From positions 1-54,353 of the forward strand of contig CAZCNA010000002.1 of assembly GCA_964500215.1 (NCBI GenBank): 54,353 nucleotides of DNA, read 5' to 3'. The notes beneath the pieces are model-generated. The model was not told where the DNA came from. It saw only the letters and a list, made by a program, of their open reading frames with translations, and ran no database searches. Positions within the stretch are counted from its first letter, which is position 1. Every line of letters starts with the position of its first letter. A program made the position numbers and the translations under genes. Below are positions 17,206-26,513 of this stretch, piece by piece. This DNA comes from an uncultured Candidatus Saccharibacteria bacterium. Its GTDB lineage: Bacteria > Patescibacteriota > Minisyncoccia > Phycocordibacterales > CAIZLB01.

Positions 17206-18252
17206 TTACTCGATGCGCTGGCTGGTTTTTTTTGCACGTGCTGGCTGTAGCCGGCGTGCTTTGTTTTGGATGACGACGAACTCCGTGTCATCCTGTAGGT
17301 TGTTCAGATTCGTCCGGAAGCCTGCGAACGCCTGACCGTTGGGATCACCGAGTCCTTTTCCGCCACCCCACGAATGAGGAGCGAATTTTTCGATGACGGC
17401 TTTGCAGATGTCGCCGGGCCCGAAGTAGTTCACTTCGTAGGGGATGGTGGCGGGGCAAACTTCGGCGGATGTGCCTTCCATATACCGGTCCACTTCATCC
17501 TGGCTCGGTAGCGTCATGCAGCCGACGAGGAGGTTCTCCTTTCCATCTTTCCACGAGGAAAACAGACGGTCCGTCACCGGCGAGCACTTGTTCGTGAACT
17601 TGAGGCTGACGATAGTGACATCGCCTTTGACGAAGCGATCATCGACAGCACGAGCGGCTTCCATCTCCATCGATTCAGTGACGCCTTGAGCCTTGCGATC
17701 TTGGCGACGAATTTCATCGATTTCCCTTCTCGATGCGCCCATCTTCTGCATCGCGGGAATGTATCCCGAATCGTTTGCGGCCACGAGCAAGTCGTACCGC
17801 GTAGGCTCCATCTCGATGAGGTCGAGGACTTGAAGCAGGGAAGCCTTTTCGGAAAAGCGCTCGCCGTGATGATTCACGTCGACAAACTTTCCGTGAGGGA
17901 ATTCCATGTCCATGTCGAGCTCGACGAAGACGGGTTTCAACCCCCGGCTCATTACGCGCTCGATCTCATCCTTGTAATCGGACACCTTTGCGCCCCAACT
18001 GAGGAAGTGGGTAACAAATCCGTATTTCAGGCGTTGAAGGTGATCTCGGATGACTTGCATCTCGAGGTCCTCTCCGCCGAGAAAGAAGTAGAGTTGATCC
18101 TGCTTCCGAACAGGGACTCCCCGGTGGGCTGACTGACTGGTATGTGAAATAACCATAACGACTGTCTGCTCATAATGAACGCCATAAACGACCGTTGGGC
18201 TGTTTATAACTTGCGAATGAATCGCGTGTTTGTGAAAGTTGCTTGACTGCAA
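17206..18252 (-). CDS. hypothetical protein, weak DHH-phosphoesterase-like motifs (higher-GC gene; start uncertain, alternative ATG at 18156)
   Basis: 348-aa ORF from a TTG, with a TGGTATAAT box upstream (minus strand, about 18282-18290). Motifs VDVNHHGE, AANDSGYIP and WGGGKGLG loosely recall DHH motifs III/IV. This is a low-certainty observation. Confidence 0.4.
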   Translation of the reverse strand: MQSSNFHKHAIHSQVINSPTVVYGVHYEQTVVMVISHTSQSAHRGVPVRKQDQLYFFLGGEDLEMQVIRDHLQRLKYGFVTHFLSWGAKVSDYKDEIERVMSRGLKPVFVELDMDMEFPHGKFVDVNHHGERFSEKASLLQVLDLIEMEPTRYDLLVAANDSGYIPAMQKMGASRREIDEIRRQDRKAQGVTESMEMEAARAVDDRFVKGDVTIVSLKFTNKCSPVTDRLFSSWKDGKENLLVGCMTLPSQDEVDRYMEGTSAEVCPATIPYEVNYFGPGDICKAVIEKFAPHSWGGGKGLGDPNGQAFAGFRTNLNNLQDDTEFVVIQNKARRLQPARAKKTSQRIE

Positions 18253-18361
18253 CGTCCAAAATGAGTGTGTTCCTGTGCAGCATTATACCACTTTTCGAAC
18301 TGAAGGTCAATAATCAGAAAAAAGCCTACGGATAAGGATATTTGTGCTATATTATTGTTAA

Positions 18362-19381
18362 ATGAATACAAGCGAAATACAATCAAAAATTGATGAAGTT
18401 ATAGCCGAAATACATCGTCGATATAACATGGAATTTGTCACTATTGCTCAACAAAAAGGTGCAGATGTTTATTTATTTGGTGGTGTGCTTCGTGATATCT
18501 ATCTTGGTAAGCCTTGGAAAGAAATTGACATTCGAGTTGTTGTGCACGAACCATATCCTCAACGAGATGCAACAATGGAGGCAGTTTTGAATGAAGCAAA
18601 GATTACAGTATCTTCAAAAATTCCATTTGGTGAAGGATTCACTGTATATCGATTTGTCCCTCCAAATAGTCTTTCTAAAACAGATGTGGATCTCAGTGTT
18701 GTGAGCAAACATTTATATGTTGATCCAGATTTCACAATCAATGGATTATATTTGAATCTCGCAACCGGCAAAATCGAAGATAACTACGGTGCGGTACAAG
18801 CAATCGAACAGAAAATAATCAAAACTGTACTTCCACCCGTTGAACAATTAAAAAATGAGCCATGGATGTTGTTTCGAGCGGTGAAAGCTGCGTGTCAGTT
18901 TAATTTTCGTATTGACGAGGGGACACTCGAAGGTATGAAGGCCAACGTGTCTTTGGCAAGAGGATTTATACAGGCTATTTCAGACAAGAGTATGGGAGGT
19001 CTTACTGAGTGGGGCTTGGGAAATATGTTTCGAGGATTGAAATACAATCCATATTCTTTTGTTGAAATTTGGAATGAGACAGGACTCCTTCATTCATTTA
19101 TTCAGTTTATTGCAGATAAGAGCGGTATGAGTGAGGGTGAAAGTGTAAATGGTATACATACTGCAAATTTTCAAAATCCATTTAAACCTGCGTCTGCCGA
19201 TACCGGAATTCAGACTTCGTATGAAGAGCATTTAAATATATTCTTTAGTACGGTAGCACGAATCATTGATGAAAAAGATCCACAACGTGTTTTTAAAGTG
19301 ATTATCGATGCGTTTGAAATTGATCAACCAAAACAATTCGAGGATTTCGTGATTGATGCATCACAGATACGGTATATATAA
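18362..19381 (+). CDS. PolyA-polymerase/CCA-adding tRNA nucleotidyltransferase family protein
   Basis: The head-domain motif is LFGGVLRDIYLGKPWKEIDIRV (GGxVRD…DxD). Downstream are DPDFTINGLYLN (the RRDFTIN equivalent) and EPWMLFRAVKAACQFNF (the DPLRxLRAxRF equivalent). Confidence 0.6.
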   Translation: MNTSEIQSKIDEVIAEIHRRYNMEFVTIAQQKGADVYLFGGVLRDIYLGKPWKEIDIRVVVHEPYPQRDATMEAVLNEAKITVSSKIPFGEGFTVYRFVPPNSLSKTDVDLSVVSKHLYVDPDFTINGLYLNLATGKIEDNYGAVQAIEQKIIKTVLPPVEQLKNEPWMLFRAVKAACQFNFRIDEGTLEGMKANVSLARGFIQAISDKSMGGLTEWGLGNMFRGLKYNPYSFVEIWNETGLLHSFIQFIADKSGMSEGESVNGIHTANFQNPFKPASADTGIQTSYEEHLNIFFSTVARIIDEKDPQRVFKVIIDAFEIDQPKQFEDFVIDASQIRYI

Positions 19382-19383
19382 AT

Positions 19384-19419
19384 GAAAAAGGGCCGCCATA
19401 CGCTTCGCGATGGCGGCCC
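19384..19419 (-). terminator. intrinsic terminator of the 19485..20366 gene (hairpin shared with the convergent 18362 gene)
   Basis: Perfect 10-bp stem GGGCCGCCAT / ATGGCGGCCC. The T-run is on the minus strand. Confidence 0.65.
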
Positions 19420-19484
19420 CTCTGTTAAATGTTGATTGTCGCATAGTGCTCACATGACATGAGTATTCGCGGCAATATGATTGT

Positions 19485-20366
19485 TTACAAATCCCGTTGA
19501 AGCCGGTGCATTGCATCGGCCCAGTTAATCGATCCGTCGGACAGCAGCTTTGCCTGCAGTAACCGTTCTTTCGAACCCTCGATTGTAAAAGGAGAGCGCG
19601 AAGAGTGACGAAATGCCGCCAGGAATGTATCGCTGGTATCCGTACTGGCAATGATGCCGGCGATTTCTTTCGATCCTGTGAGAGCTGCTTCGAGCATGAT
19701 GAGCGTGCCGAACGTCAATACTGGAATGCCACTCTGCACTTTGCCTTGGGGCTCCGACATCGAAGTGAGATGCAGGTCGATGAGGACCACATCAAACTTA
19801 CTCGTTGCGAGGATGCTCCGTGCTTCCTCGTACGTGGTTGCGGTGTTGAGTCGATGACCGGCCAGCCCAGTCTTCGCCGAGGCGATGTTCTGGGGTGCTG
19901 ACGAAATGGCCAAGATGCACAAAGCACCTGCCTTGAGCGTCGGAGGCGGATTGGTCAGATTATCGAAGAACGAGTCACCTGTCAGTACCGGCGGCGCCAG
20001 CATGTCAGGTTGTTCGACGATGATGTTCTCACCATCAGGCAATTCGTCAATCGCCTTTTGCACAGCGCTCAGGAAATGCTCGATGGTGTGTTCTTGAAGC
20101 ACGATGATATTGTCGGCAACGGGTTCCGGGAGGCGGCTCCCATTCGTCGGGAAGTAAAGGTACTTCTTGTCCGGATGGATGCATGCAACATCCCGGATAT
20201 CATTGAAGACGATCAGATCTGCATTCTCGGTGGCCCCGACAAGCTCAATGGTCAGCGGGGCGATGAGTGCACAGAATGCCACCCAGGCATCATGATTCGA
20301 ACATACGAGGTGTACGCTCAGTGTGCGAATTGGATGGCGTGTTGGTGCTATTTTAACTTGATTCAC
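19485..20366 (-). CDS. hypothetical protein with CheY-like (pseudo-)receiver domain (higher-GC gene)
   Basis: GTG start is preceded by AAGGAA 9 nt upstream. The C-terminal half CILAISSAP…ATTYEEARSILATSKFDVVLIDLHL…GIIAST resembles a REC fold. It lacks the N-terminal acidic pair. Confidence 0.45.
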   Translation of the reverse strand: MNQVKIAPTRHPIRTLSVHLVCSNHDAWVAFCALIAPLTIELVGATENADLIVFNDIRDVACIHPDKKYLYFPTNGSRLPEPVADNIIVLQEHTIEHFLSAVQKAIDELPDGENIIVEQPDMLAPPVLTGDSFFDNLTNPPPTLKAGALCILAISSAPQNIASAKTGLAGHRLNTATTYEEARSILATSKFDVVLIDLHLTSMSEPQGKVQSGIPVLTFGTLIMLEAALTGSKEIAGIIASTDTSDTFLAAFRHSSRSPFTIEGSKERLLQAKLLSDGSINWADAMHRLQRDL

Positions 20367-20524
20367 AATTACGTGTTCCTTGGTTTGATGTGTGGATTTG
20401 TTGGTTGGAAAAGGTCAAAACCTTCTGGACAGGATTATGTAATAGATAGACAAATAAGTCAAATATTCTGGCGTTGGACCGTCAATAATTTGAGGTTTTG
20501 GTTGTCATGCCGAAAAAACGCGAG

Positions 20525-21481
20525 TTAGATTCTCTTTTTGACATCCCGAATGATGCGTTTGATGTCTGTTGGACGGTACCACAGGATCCGCGTATCGCGC
20601 TTGAACCATGTTCGTTGTCGTTTTGCATACTGCCAAATTTCTGCGGCGAGTTGGTCAATCATTTCTTGTTTTGAAATCTTCTTTTGTAGGTAGAGTGCAA
20701 CATATCGATATTCAAGTCCGAGCATATGCATTCGTTTCCAAGAGAGACCTTGTTCGTGCAATTTTTTCACTTCCGTGAGCATGCCTTTTTTGATTCGTGA
20801 GAGAAGGCGAGTGTGAATTTTTTGTTTGAGTTCTTCGTCCGAAATATCAATGCCGATTTGAATACAATCATATTGAGCCTGGTGTTTTGTTTGCGGAACA
20901 GCCCCGAGAGCTTTGGCAATTTCGATGGCGCGGATGAGTCGAACTGGATTCTGTTTGTCTATGGATTCGGCACGTATTGGGTCAAGTTTTGTGAGTATTG
21001 TGAAAAGCTGCTCAGGCGTCTTTGTGGCGAGTTTCTGTCGAAGAGTTGGATTAGGTGGTACTTCGGGCAAGGTGATGCCATCGACAATTGATTGGATATA
21101 AAAGCCGGTGCCGCCGCAGACCACGGGAAGCGCGCCGCGCGCTATGATGTCTGCGGCGGCCGTACCAGCGTCTCTTTGAAAATCAGAAACAGTATATGTT
21201 TTCTTTGGAGAAACTACATCGAGGAGGTGGTGGGGAACACCTTTCATCTCTTTTTTTGTAATTTTACCCGTGCCTATATTGAGTCCTTTATACACTTGGC
21301 GTGAGTCAGCAGAAATAACCTCGCCATTGAAGCGAAGGGCAAGTTCGACAGCTAAGTCACTTTTGCCTACAGCTGTTGGTCCAAGAACAACGATCATCTT
21401 GGGAAGCGATGTGTGAGTCGTTTGAGATGCGTGGGATGGGTGAGATCGAACACGGGATGCTTTGTTATTGGCGGCGGTCAT
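20525..21481 (-). CDS. miaA: tRNA dimethylallyltransferase
   Basis: It has the P-loop VVLGPTAVGKSDLAVELA, ISADSRQVYKGLNIGTGK and VPHHLLD. Start is chosen at ATG 21481; the listed ORF extends to 21523. Confidence 0.85.
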   Translation of the reverse strand: MTAANNKASRVRSHPSHASQTTHTSLPKMIVVLGPTAVGKSDLAVELALRFNGEVISADSRQVYKGLNIGTGKITKKEMKGVPHHLLDVVSPKKTYTVSDFQRDAGTAAADIIARGALPVVCGGTGFYIQSIVDGITLPEVPPNPTLRQKLATKTPEQLFTILTKLDPIRAESIDKQNPVRLIRAIEIAKALGAVPQTKHQAQYDCIQIGIDISDEELKQKIHTRLLSRIKKGMLTEVKKLHEQGLSWKRMHMLGLEYRYVALYLQKKISKQEMIDQLAAEIWQYAKRQRTWFKRDTRILWYRPTDIKRIIRDVKKRI

Positions 21482-21552
21482 GCCCTGAATATATACCAAA
21501 AGGCAAAAAAAAGCACCGTACAAGGGCTTTGTACAGTGCTTTTATATATGTG

Positions 21553-21635
21553 TGCCGCGGGAGAGAGTTGAACTCTCATGAGGTTGCCCCCGATCGATTT
21601 TGAGTCGATTGCGTCTACCATTCCGCCACCACGGC
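21553..21635 (-). tRNA. tRNA-Leu (anticodon CAA)
   Basis: Hand fold gives acceptor GCCGTGG/CCGCGGC, anticodon stem ATCGA/TCGAT with loop CTCAAAA, a long variable arm, and T-arm GAGAG-TTCAACT-CTCTC. Confidence 0.85.
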
Positions 21636-21870
21636 ATGTCAGTCAGTGTACTAAAAAACAGCAAAAAATCAATTATCTCTGAATACACTTTCAATTATAT
21701 ATGAACTTTCTATGAACAATATATGAGCCAAAGATAAACACGATATGTATTTTTTATGAATATAAAATAAAGTGCGAAAAACACGAACTCACACGTTTTG
21801 CACTGTTTATCCTCACTTTGCATAGAGAGCCTGTGAGGTGTTAGAATGCATGCATTACGCAATACAATAT

Positions 21871-22977
21871 ATGTCACTATACTTCAACAACTCCATTTTC
21901 TGGATAGAAACAGATAAAATCAAACCAAACCCGTATCAGCCACGACGTGACTTTGATCCGCATGCTCTCAAAGATTTGGCAGAATCCATTCGAATGTATG
22001 GTCTTCTCCAGCCCCTTACCGTTACACGAAAAGAAGTTATCAAAGAAGACGGAGGACTTGCCGTTGAATACGAACTCATCGCAGGAGAACGACGACTTCG
22101 AGCTTCAAAACTCGCAGGACTTCAGGCCATTCCAGCCATCATCCGCGCGGGTGAAGAAGACGCACGTGTAAAACTCGAGCTCGCCATCATCGAAAACCTC
22201 CAACGAGAAGACCTCAACCCCGTTGACCGTGCCCGAGCCTTCCAGAAATTGGCGGACGAATTCCATTTCAAGCATTCACAGATTGCAGACAAGATGGGAA
22301 AGAGTCGTGAATACGTCACAAACAGTATTCGATTGCTTTCATTGCCGGAACATATGCTTCAGGCTCTTTCTGAAAAGAAAATCAGTGAAGGACATACTCG
22401 ACCGCTCCTCATGCTCGTCGATCGACCCGAAGAACAAGAGACCTTGTTCAAGGAAATTATGTTCAAGAAAATCACTGTGCGTGAAGCGGAATCACTCGCC
22501 CGAAAAATCGCCGTTGATCGTGTTCGAAAGAAAGACCTCAGAGCAGATCCAGAACTAGTTGAATTGGAAACAAAATTCAATCAGTCACTCGGAACACGTG
22601 TTCAGATCGAGCGACGTGAACACGGTGGCAAAATCATGATTGATTTCTTCACAAATGATGACCTTCGGCAGATTTTGCAGCTTCTCGAGTCAAATCAGTC
22701 AAAAGGTGTGACAAATATGCTCGATCGTCATATTGCCGCTCAGCAAGCGGCTCAATCAGACGCCGCTACATTGGCCTCAATTTCAGCCGCAACGCCTCTG
22801 GAGGCCTCAGCTGGGGCTTCTGAGAAGGGTTCTACTGACGCTGGCACATCCGACGATCTTGCTGGGGCTGAACCTACATCACTCGATCAAGTTCCTGTGG
22901 ATGGTCTCGAAATTGAGACACCAGTCGCCGCAGAACCAGACGAAGATTTGTATTCAATCAAAAATTTCTCAATTTAA
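21871..22977 (+). CDS. parB: ParB/Spo0J-type partition protein with long acidic/Ala-rich C-terminal tail
   Basis: It has IKPNPYQPRRDF, GLLQPLTV and LIAGERRLRASKLAG, followed by an HTH region. No parA is adjacent. Start at 21871 is uncertain (alternatives 21838 GTG and 21850 ATG). Confidence 0.8.
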   Translation: MSLYFNNSIFWIETDKIKPNPYQPRRDFDPHALKDLAESIRMYGLLQPLTVTRKEVIKEDGGLAVEYELIAGERRLRASKLAGLQAIPAIIRAGEEDARVKLELAIIENLQREDLNPVDRARAFQKLADEFHFKHSQIADKMGKSREYVTNSIRLLSLPEHMLQALSEKKISEGHTRPLLMLVDRPEEQETLFKEIMFKKITVREAESLARKIAVDRVRKKDLRADPELVELETKFNQSLGTRVQIERREHGGKIMIDFFTNDDLRQILQLLESNQSKGVTNMLDRHIAAQQAAQSDAATLASISAATPLEASAGASEKGSTDAGTSDDLAGAEPTSLDQVPVDGLEIETPVAAEPDEDLYSIKNFSI

Positions 22978-23016
22978 TCTGAAATTTCTCTGAAGTTCTG
23001 ATGAATTTCATATATA

Positions 23017-23050
23017 GAAAAAACAGAAGTCTTGCGACTTCTGTTTTTCT
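23017..23050. terminator. bidirectional intrinsic terminator between parB and topA
   Basis: ACAGAAGTC-ttgc-GACTTCTGT flanked by an A-run and a T-run. Confidence 0.7.
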
Positions 23051-23083
23051 TTGTACATTCTTGATGAATTTTTAACAAATTCT

Positions 23084-25405
23084 TTATTTTTTCTTTGTCT
23101 TTCGAGTTTTCTTTTCTGTAGACGCTGCAGTTTCAGTTGTTGCTGCTGACGATGAACCTTCTGCGTCTGTCGATACTGCTGACTTCTTCTGGAATCCTCG
23201 ACGACCGACTTTCTTTGGTTCTTTGAATATCGCTACAGCGCGTTCGTGTGTCACTTCGTATACATCGTCACCTTTGAGTGAACGGAAATCCTTTTGGTGA
23301 ACAACATATGGACCGAATCGGCCAACATTCGCAGAAATCATATCGCCCGTCTCTGGATGAGGACCCAATTCACGAGGAAGGGAAAGGAACTTGAGCGCAT
23401 TCTCGAGAGTGATGTGCTCTGGATCGAATGACTTTGGAATACTGGCCATACGAGGCTTCTTGAGTTCTTTTGATTTTTCGCCGAGTTGTACGTATGGACC
23501 GAATCTGCCAACTTTGACGAAAATTGGGAGGTTGGTTGCAGGGTCAATACCGAGTGGCTGATCTTTTTGAATTTCCTTGCCGTCTATTGTGAGGGCGCCG
23601 TCGCAGTCTGGATATTTTGAGCAACTGAGGAATTTCCCACTTCGTGAAAGTTTGATGACCATTGAACTACCGCATTTTGGACATTTGAACTGAGGGTCGG
23701 CTTCACCGAGGGTGGTGAGTTTGTCGATATGGTCTTTTGCTTTTACCTCTTTCTTGAATGGACCATAAAAATCTTTGAGTGTCTGAAGATATTTTGCTTT
23801 GCCGATCGCAATATTGTCGAGCTTGTCTTCCATCTCTGCAGTGAAGTTGTCACTGATGTATGATTCGAAGTTTTGTTCGAGGAATGAACTCACTACATCA
23901 CCCGTGTCTGTTGGGACAAGGGCTTTGTTTACCTTTTCGACATATGCACGTTCTTCGAGTGTGCGAATGATACTGGCGTATGTTGATGGACGACCGATAC
24001 CGCGCTTTTCGAGTTCTTTGATGAGACCGGCTTCTGTATATCGTGATGGTGGTTCTGTTGTTTTTTCTTCGGCAGAAATATCGATGAGTTTGAGGGGTTC
24101 GTGTACTTTTACTTTTGGTAATTCGACGTCTTCTCCGCGAGCAGCAGGATCAGCTTTGAGCCAACCATCATAGATCACTCGTGAACCAGTGATAGTGAAA
24201 TCAGGAATGCCGTTCTTGTCGTCGGCCTTTGAGCCAACGAGATTCGCGACAATCTTTGTACGAGCGATTTTTGCATCTGACATTTGTGAAGCGAGTGTTC
24301 GTGCACGGATGAGTCGGTAGAGTTTGTGTTCGTCGTCGTTGTTGCCGGCTTCAGCCACAGCGAGATGTGTTGGTCGAATAGCTTCGTGTGCTTCCTGAGC
24401 ATTCTTACTCTTTGAGGCGAATGTTCGGAGTGACACGTAGTCTTTGCCGAATTCTGATTCGATCACCTTTGCTGCTTGAGCAACAGCAACCTGACTGAGG
24501 TTCGTGCTGTCTGTTCGCATGTATGTGATATGTCCAGCTTCATAGAGCTTCTGAGCGAGACCCATTGTTCGTGAAGGAGCGAACCCGAGACGTGTACTGG
24601 CAGCTTGCTGAAGTGTAGATGTAATAAATGGTGGTTTTGCTGTTCGCTTTACCTCTGATTCTTGTACGTCAGTGACATGCCATGTTCCGGCTTTGCCTTT
24701 TTCTAGAATATGATCAGCAACTTTCTTGTCTCGAGGTTCATCAACACAATACAAAGAGAGCGCATCTTTTGCGTTTGTTTGTGTATCTGCACGAAGGACG
24801 TAGAATTTTTCAGGAATGAATGCGCGAATTTCTCGCTCACGTTCCATGATGATACGGAGGGCGGGTGATTGTACACGTCCTGCAGAAAGTCCATATCGAA
24901 CTTTCTTCCAAATGAGACCTGAAAGGTCATAGCCTACGAGACGATCGAGTACACGACGTGCTTCTTGGGCCTGTTTGAGATTGTCGTCGATTTCTCGAGG
25001 GTGTTGCACGGCTTCGCGCACGGCGTCTTCTGTAATTTCATGGAATACGACACGCTTTGGATTTTTGAGACCGATTGCCTCTTTGATATGCCATGCGATA
25101 GCTTCACCTTCTCGGTCGGGGTCAGTTGCGAGGAGAATTTCTCGTGCGCTTTTTGCCATCGCTCTAATTTCAGCAATCACTTTTTCTTTGCCTGGAGAAA
25201 TTTCGTAATGAGGAACGAAGCCAGCTTCGATGTCGATAGCCTTCTTATTACTCTTTGGGAGATCACGAACATGACCAACAGATGCAACTACACGGAAGTC
25301 ACTTCCAAGATACTTGGCAATTGTTTTTGCCTTTGCCGGAGACTCTACAATGAGCAATCGAGGTGATGTGCTTGATGAAGTTGATGTTGATTTTTTGGTC
25401 GCCAT
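23084..25405 (-). CDS. topA: DNA topoisomerase I
   Basis: It has the Toprim motif LLIVESPAKAKTI, active-site ITYMRTDS and C-terminal zinc ribbons (CPKCGSSM…CSKYPDC). Start is ATG 25405, 6 nt after a TGcAATACT box. Confidence 0.9.
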   Translation of the reverse strand: MATKKSTSTSSSTSPRLLIVESPAKAKTIAKYLGSDFRVVASVGHVRDLPKSNKKAIDIEAGFVPHYEISPGKEKVIAEIRAMAKSAREILLATDPDREGEAIAWHIKEAIGLKNPKRVVFHEITEDAVREAVQHPREIDDNLKQAQEARRVLDRLVGYDLSGLIWKKVRYGLSAGRVQSPALRIIMEREREIRAFIPEKFYVLRADTQTNAKDALSLYCVDEPRDKKVADHILEKGKAGTWHVTDVQESEVKRTAKPPFITSTLQQAASTRLGFAPSRTMGLAQKLYEAGHITYMRTDSTNLSQVAVAQAAKVIESEFGKDYVSLRTFASKSKNAQEAHEAIRPTHLAVAEAGNNDDEHKLYRLIRARTLASQMSDAKIARTKIVANLVGSKADDKNGIPDFTITGSRVIYDGWLKADPAARGEDVELPKVKVHEPLKLIDISAEEKTTEPPSRYTEAGLIKELEKRGIGRPSTYASIIRTLEERAYVEKVNKALVPTDTGDVVSSFLEQNFESYISDNFTAEMEDKLDNIAIGKAKYLQTLKDFYGPFKKEVKAKDHIDKLTTLGEADPQFKCPKCGSSMVIKLSRSGKFLSCSKYPDCDGALTIDGKEIQKDQPLGIDPATNLPIFVKVGRFGPYVQLGEKSKELKKPRMASIPKSFDPEHITLENALKFLSLPRELGPHPETGDMISANVGRFGPYVVHQKDFRSLKGDDVYEVTHERAVAIFKEPKKVGRRGFQKKSAVSTDAEGSSSAATTETAASTEKKTRKTKKK

Positions 25406-25466
25406 GGTCGTAGTATTGCACACGTATTATTGTTTTGACAAATTTGTACACTGGTAGGACGTGCAG

Positions 25467-26438
25467 TTATAGAGGGTATGACAAGCATATTTTGCCGTAT
25501 TCTTCTTTGACTAATTTTCGAATTTCGAGCATGGACAATAGTATTTGTACCTGACTCGGTGGAAACGCAGAACGTGCGCAGATCTCATCTCGGGTGAGAG
25601 GTTCGTTGATGAGTTTGATGATTGTTTTTTCTTCAGCAGAACATTGACTGAGAATGTGTTTGACTTCGGATGTGTCGGCTGTCTTCTTGTATCCTAATGC
25701 TTCGAGGAGATCTTCACCTGATGAGATTGCAATGGCCCCACGTCGCAGCAATGAATGAGGCCCCTTGGATGTGGATGAGAAAACAGAGCCGGGGACAGTG
25801 AGTACCTCGCGGTTATAATCGAGCGCAAGATGCGCAGTGATGAGAGTTCCTGAATTTTCTTCGGCTTCGATGATGAGTACCTTGTGAGAAAGGCCTGCCA
25901 TGATGCGATTGCGCACAGGAAAACTCCAATGACTGGCAGACGACAGTGGGTCATATTCAGAAAGGATGAGTCCTCCATGGTCAATAATCTCTCGAGCGAG
26001 GTTGAGATGTGATCGAGGATATATGACAGACGGATGCAAACCGGATCCGGGAACAGCAATCGTTGGCAATCCAGTATCTATGGCTGCACGATGAGCAATA
26101 CTATCTATACCGAGTGCCAGTCCTGAAACAATAACAATGGGAAGTCCGCGCAGGCGCTCCATGAATGCCTGACAAATTGTCTTGCCATAGTCTGTATATT
26201 TGCGAGAACCGATAACACACAAGAATATCGTATTCGGATCAGTGGGAGTGAGTAATGTGTGATTGCCTGCAACATACAACTGCTTTGGAGGGTCAGAAAT
26301 CTGTGATAACAGAGTGCCGAAACCCTCTCTATATATAGTATGTGGATGTTCGAGCGTTCCGAATTGCTCGGCAGCGCTCTTTTGTGAAATATTGTTATTC
26401 ATTGTCTCAATCATAGCCATTTGGTATGATGAACTCAT
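25467..26438 (-). CDS. dprA: DNA processing protein DprA (Smf)
   Basis: It has GSRKYTDYG, SGLALGIDSIAHRAA, TIAVPGSGL, and a C-terminal winged-helix-like tail. Confidence 0.8.
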   Translation of the reverse strand: MSSSYQMAMIETMNNNISQKSAAEQFGTLEHPHTIYREGFGTLLSQISDPPKQLYVAGNHTLLTPTDPNTIFLCVIGSRKYTDYGKTICQAFMERLRGLPIVIVSGLALGIDSIAHRAAIDTGLPTIAVPGSGLHPSVIYPRSHLNLAREIIDHGGLILSEYDPLSSASHWSFPVRNRIMAGLSHKVLIIEAEENSGTLITAHLALDYNREVLTVPGSVFSSTSKGPHSLLRRGAIAISSGEDLLEALGYKKTADTSEVKHILSQCSAEEKTIIKLINEPLTRDEICARSAFPPSQVQILLSMLEIRKLVKEEYGKICLSYPL

Positions 26439-26513
26439 AAAAAAAAGCTATATTAAAGCTGAACGCAAGAACAGCAAAAAAGCGACGTAATACGGCCATA
26501 ATACACACATCAC

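Noticed and set aside
21807-21815. A DnaA-box-like 9-mer TTATCCTCA (8/9 to TTATCCACA) lies in the AT-rich region upstream of parB, suggesting a possible oriC.
   Set aside because: It is a single imperfect box. No cluster of boxes is visible, and there is no adjacent dnaA or dnaN. This is not enough to call an origin.
22592-22603. A perfect 12-bp palindrome GAACACGTGTTC lies inside parB, a possible parS site.
   Set aside because: parS is TGTTNCACGTGAAACA. Here the arms flanking the CACGTG core are AACA/TGTT rather than TTTCA/TGAAA, so only the central hexamer matches.
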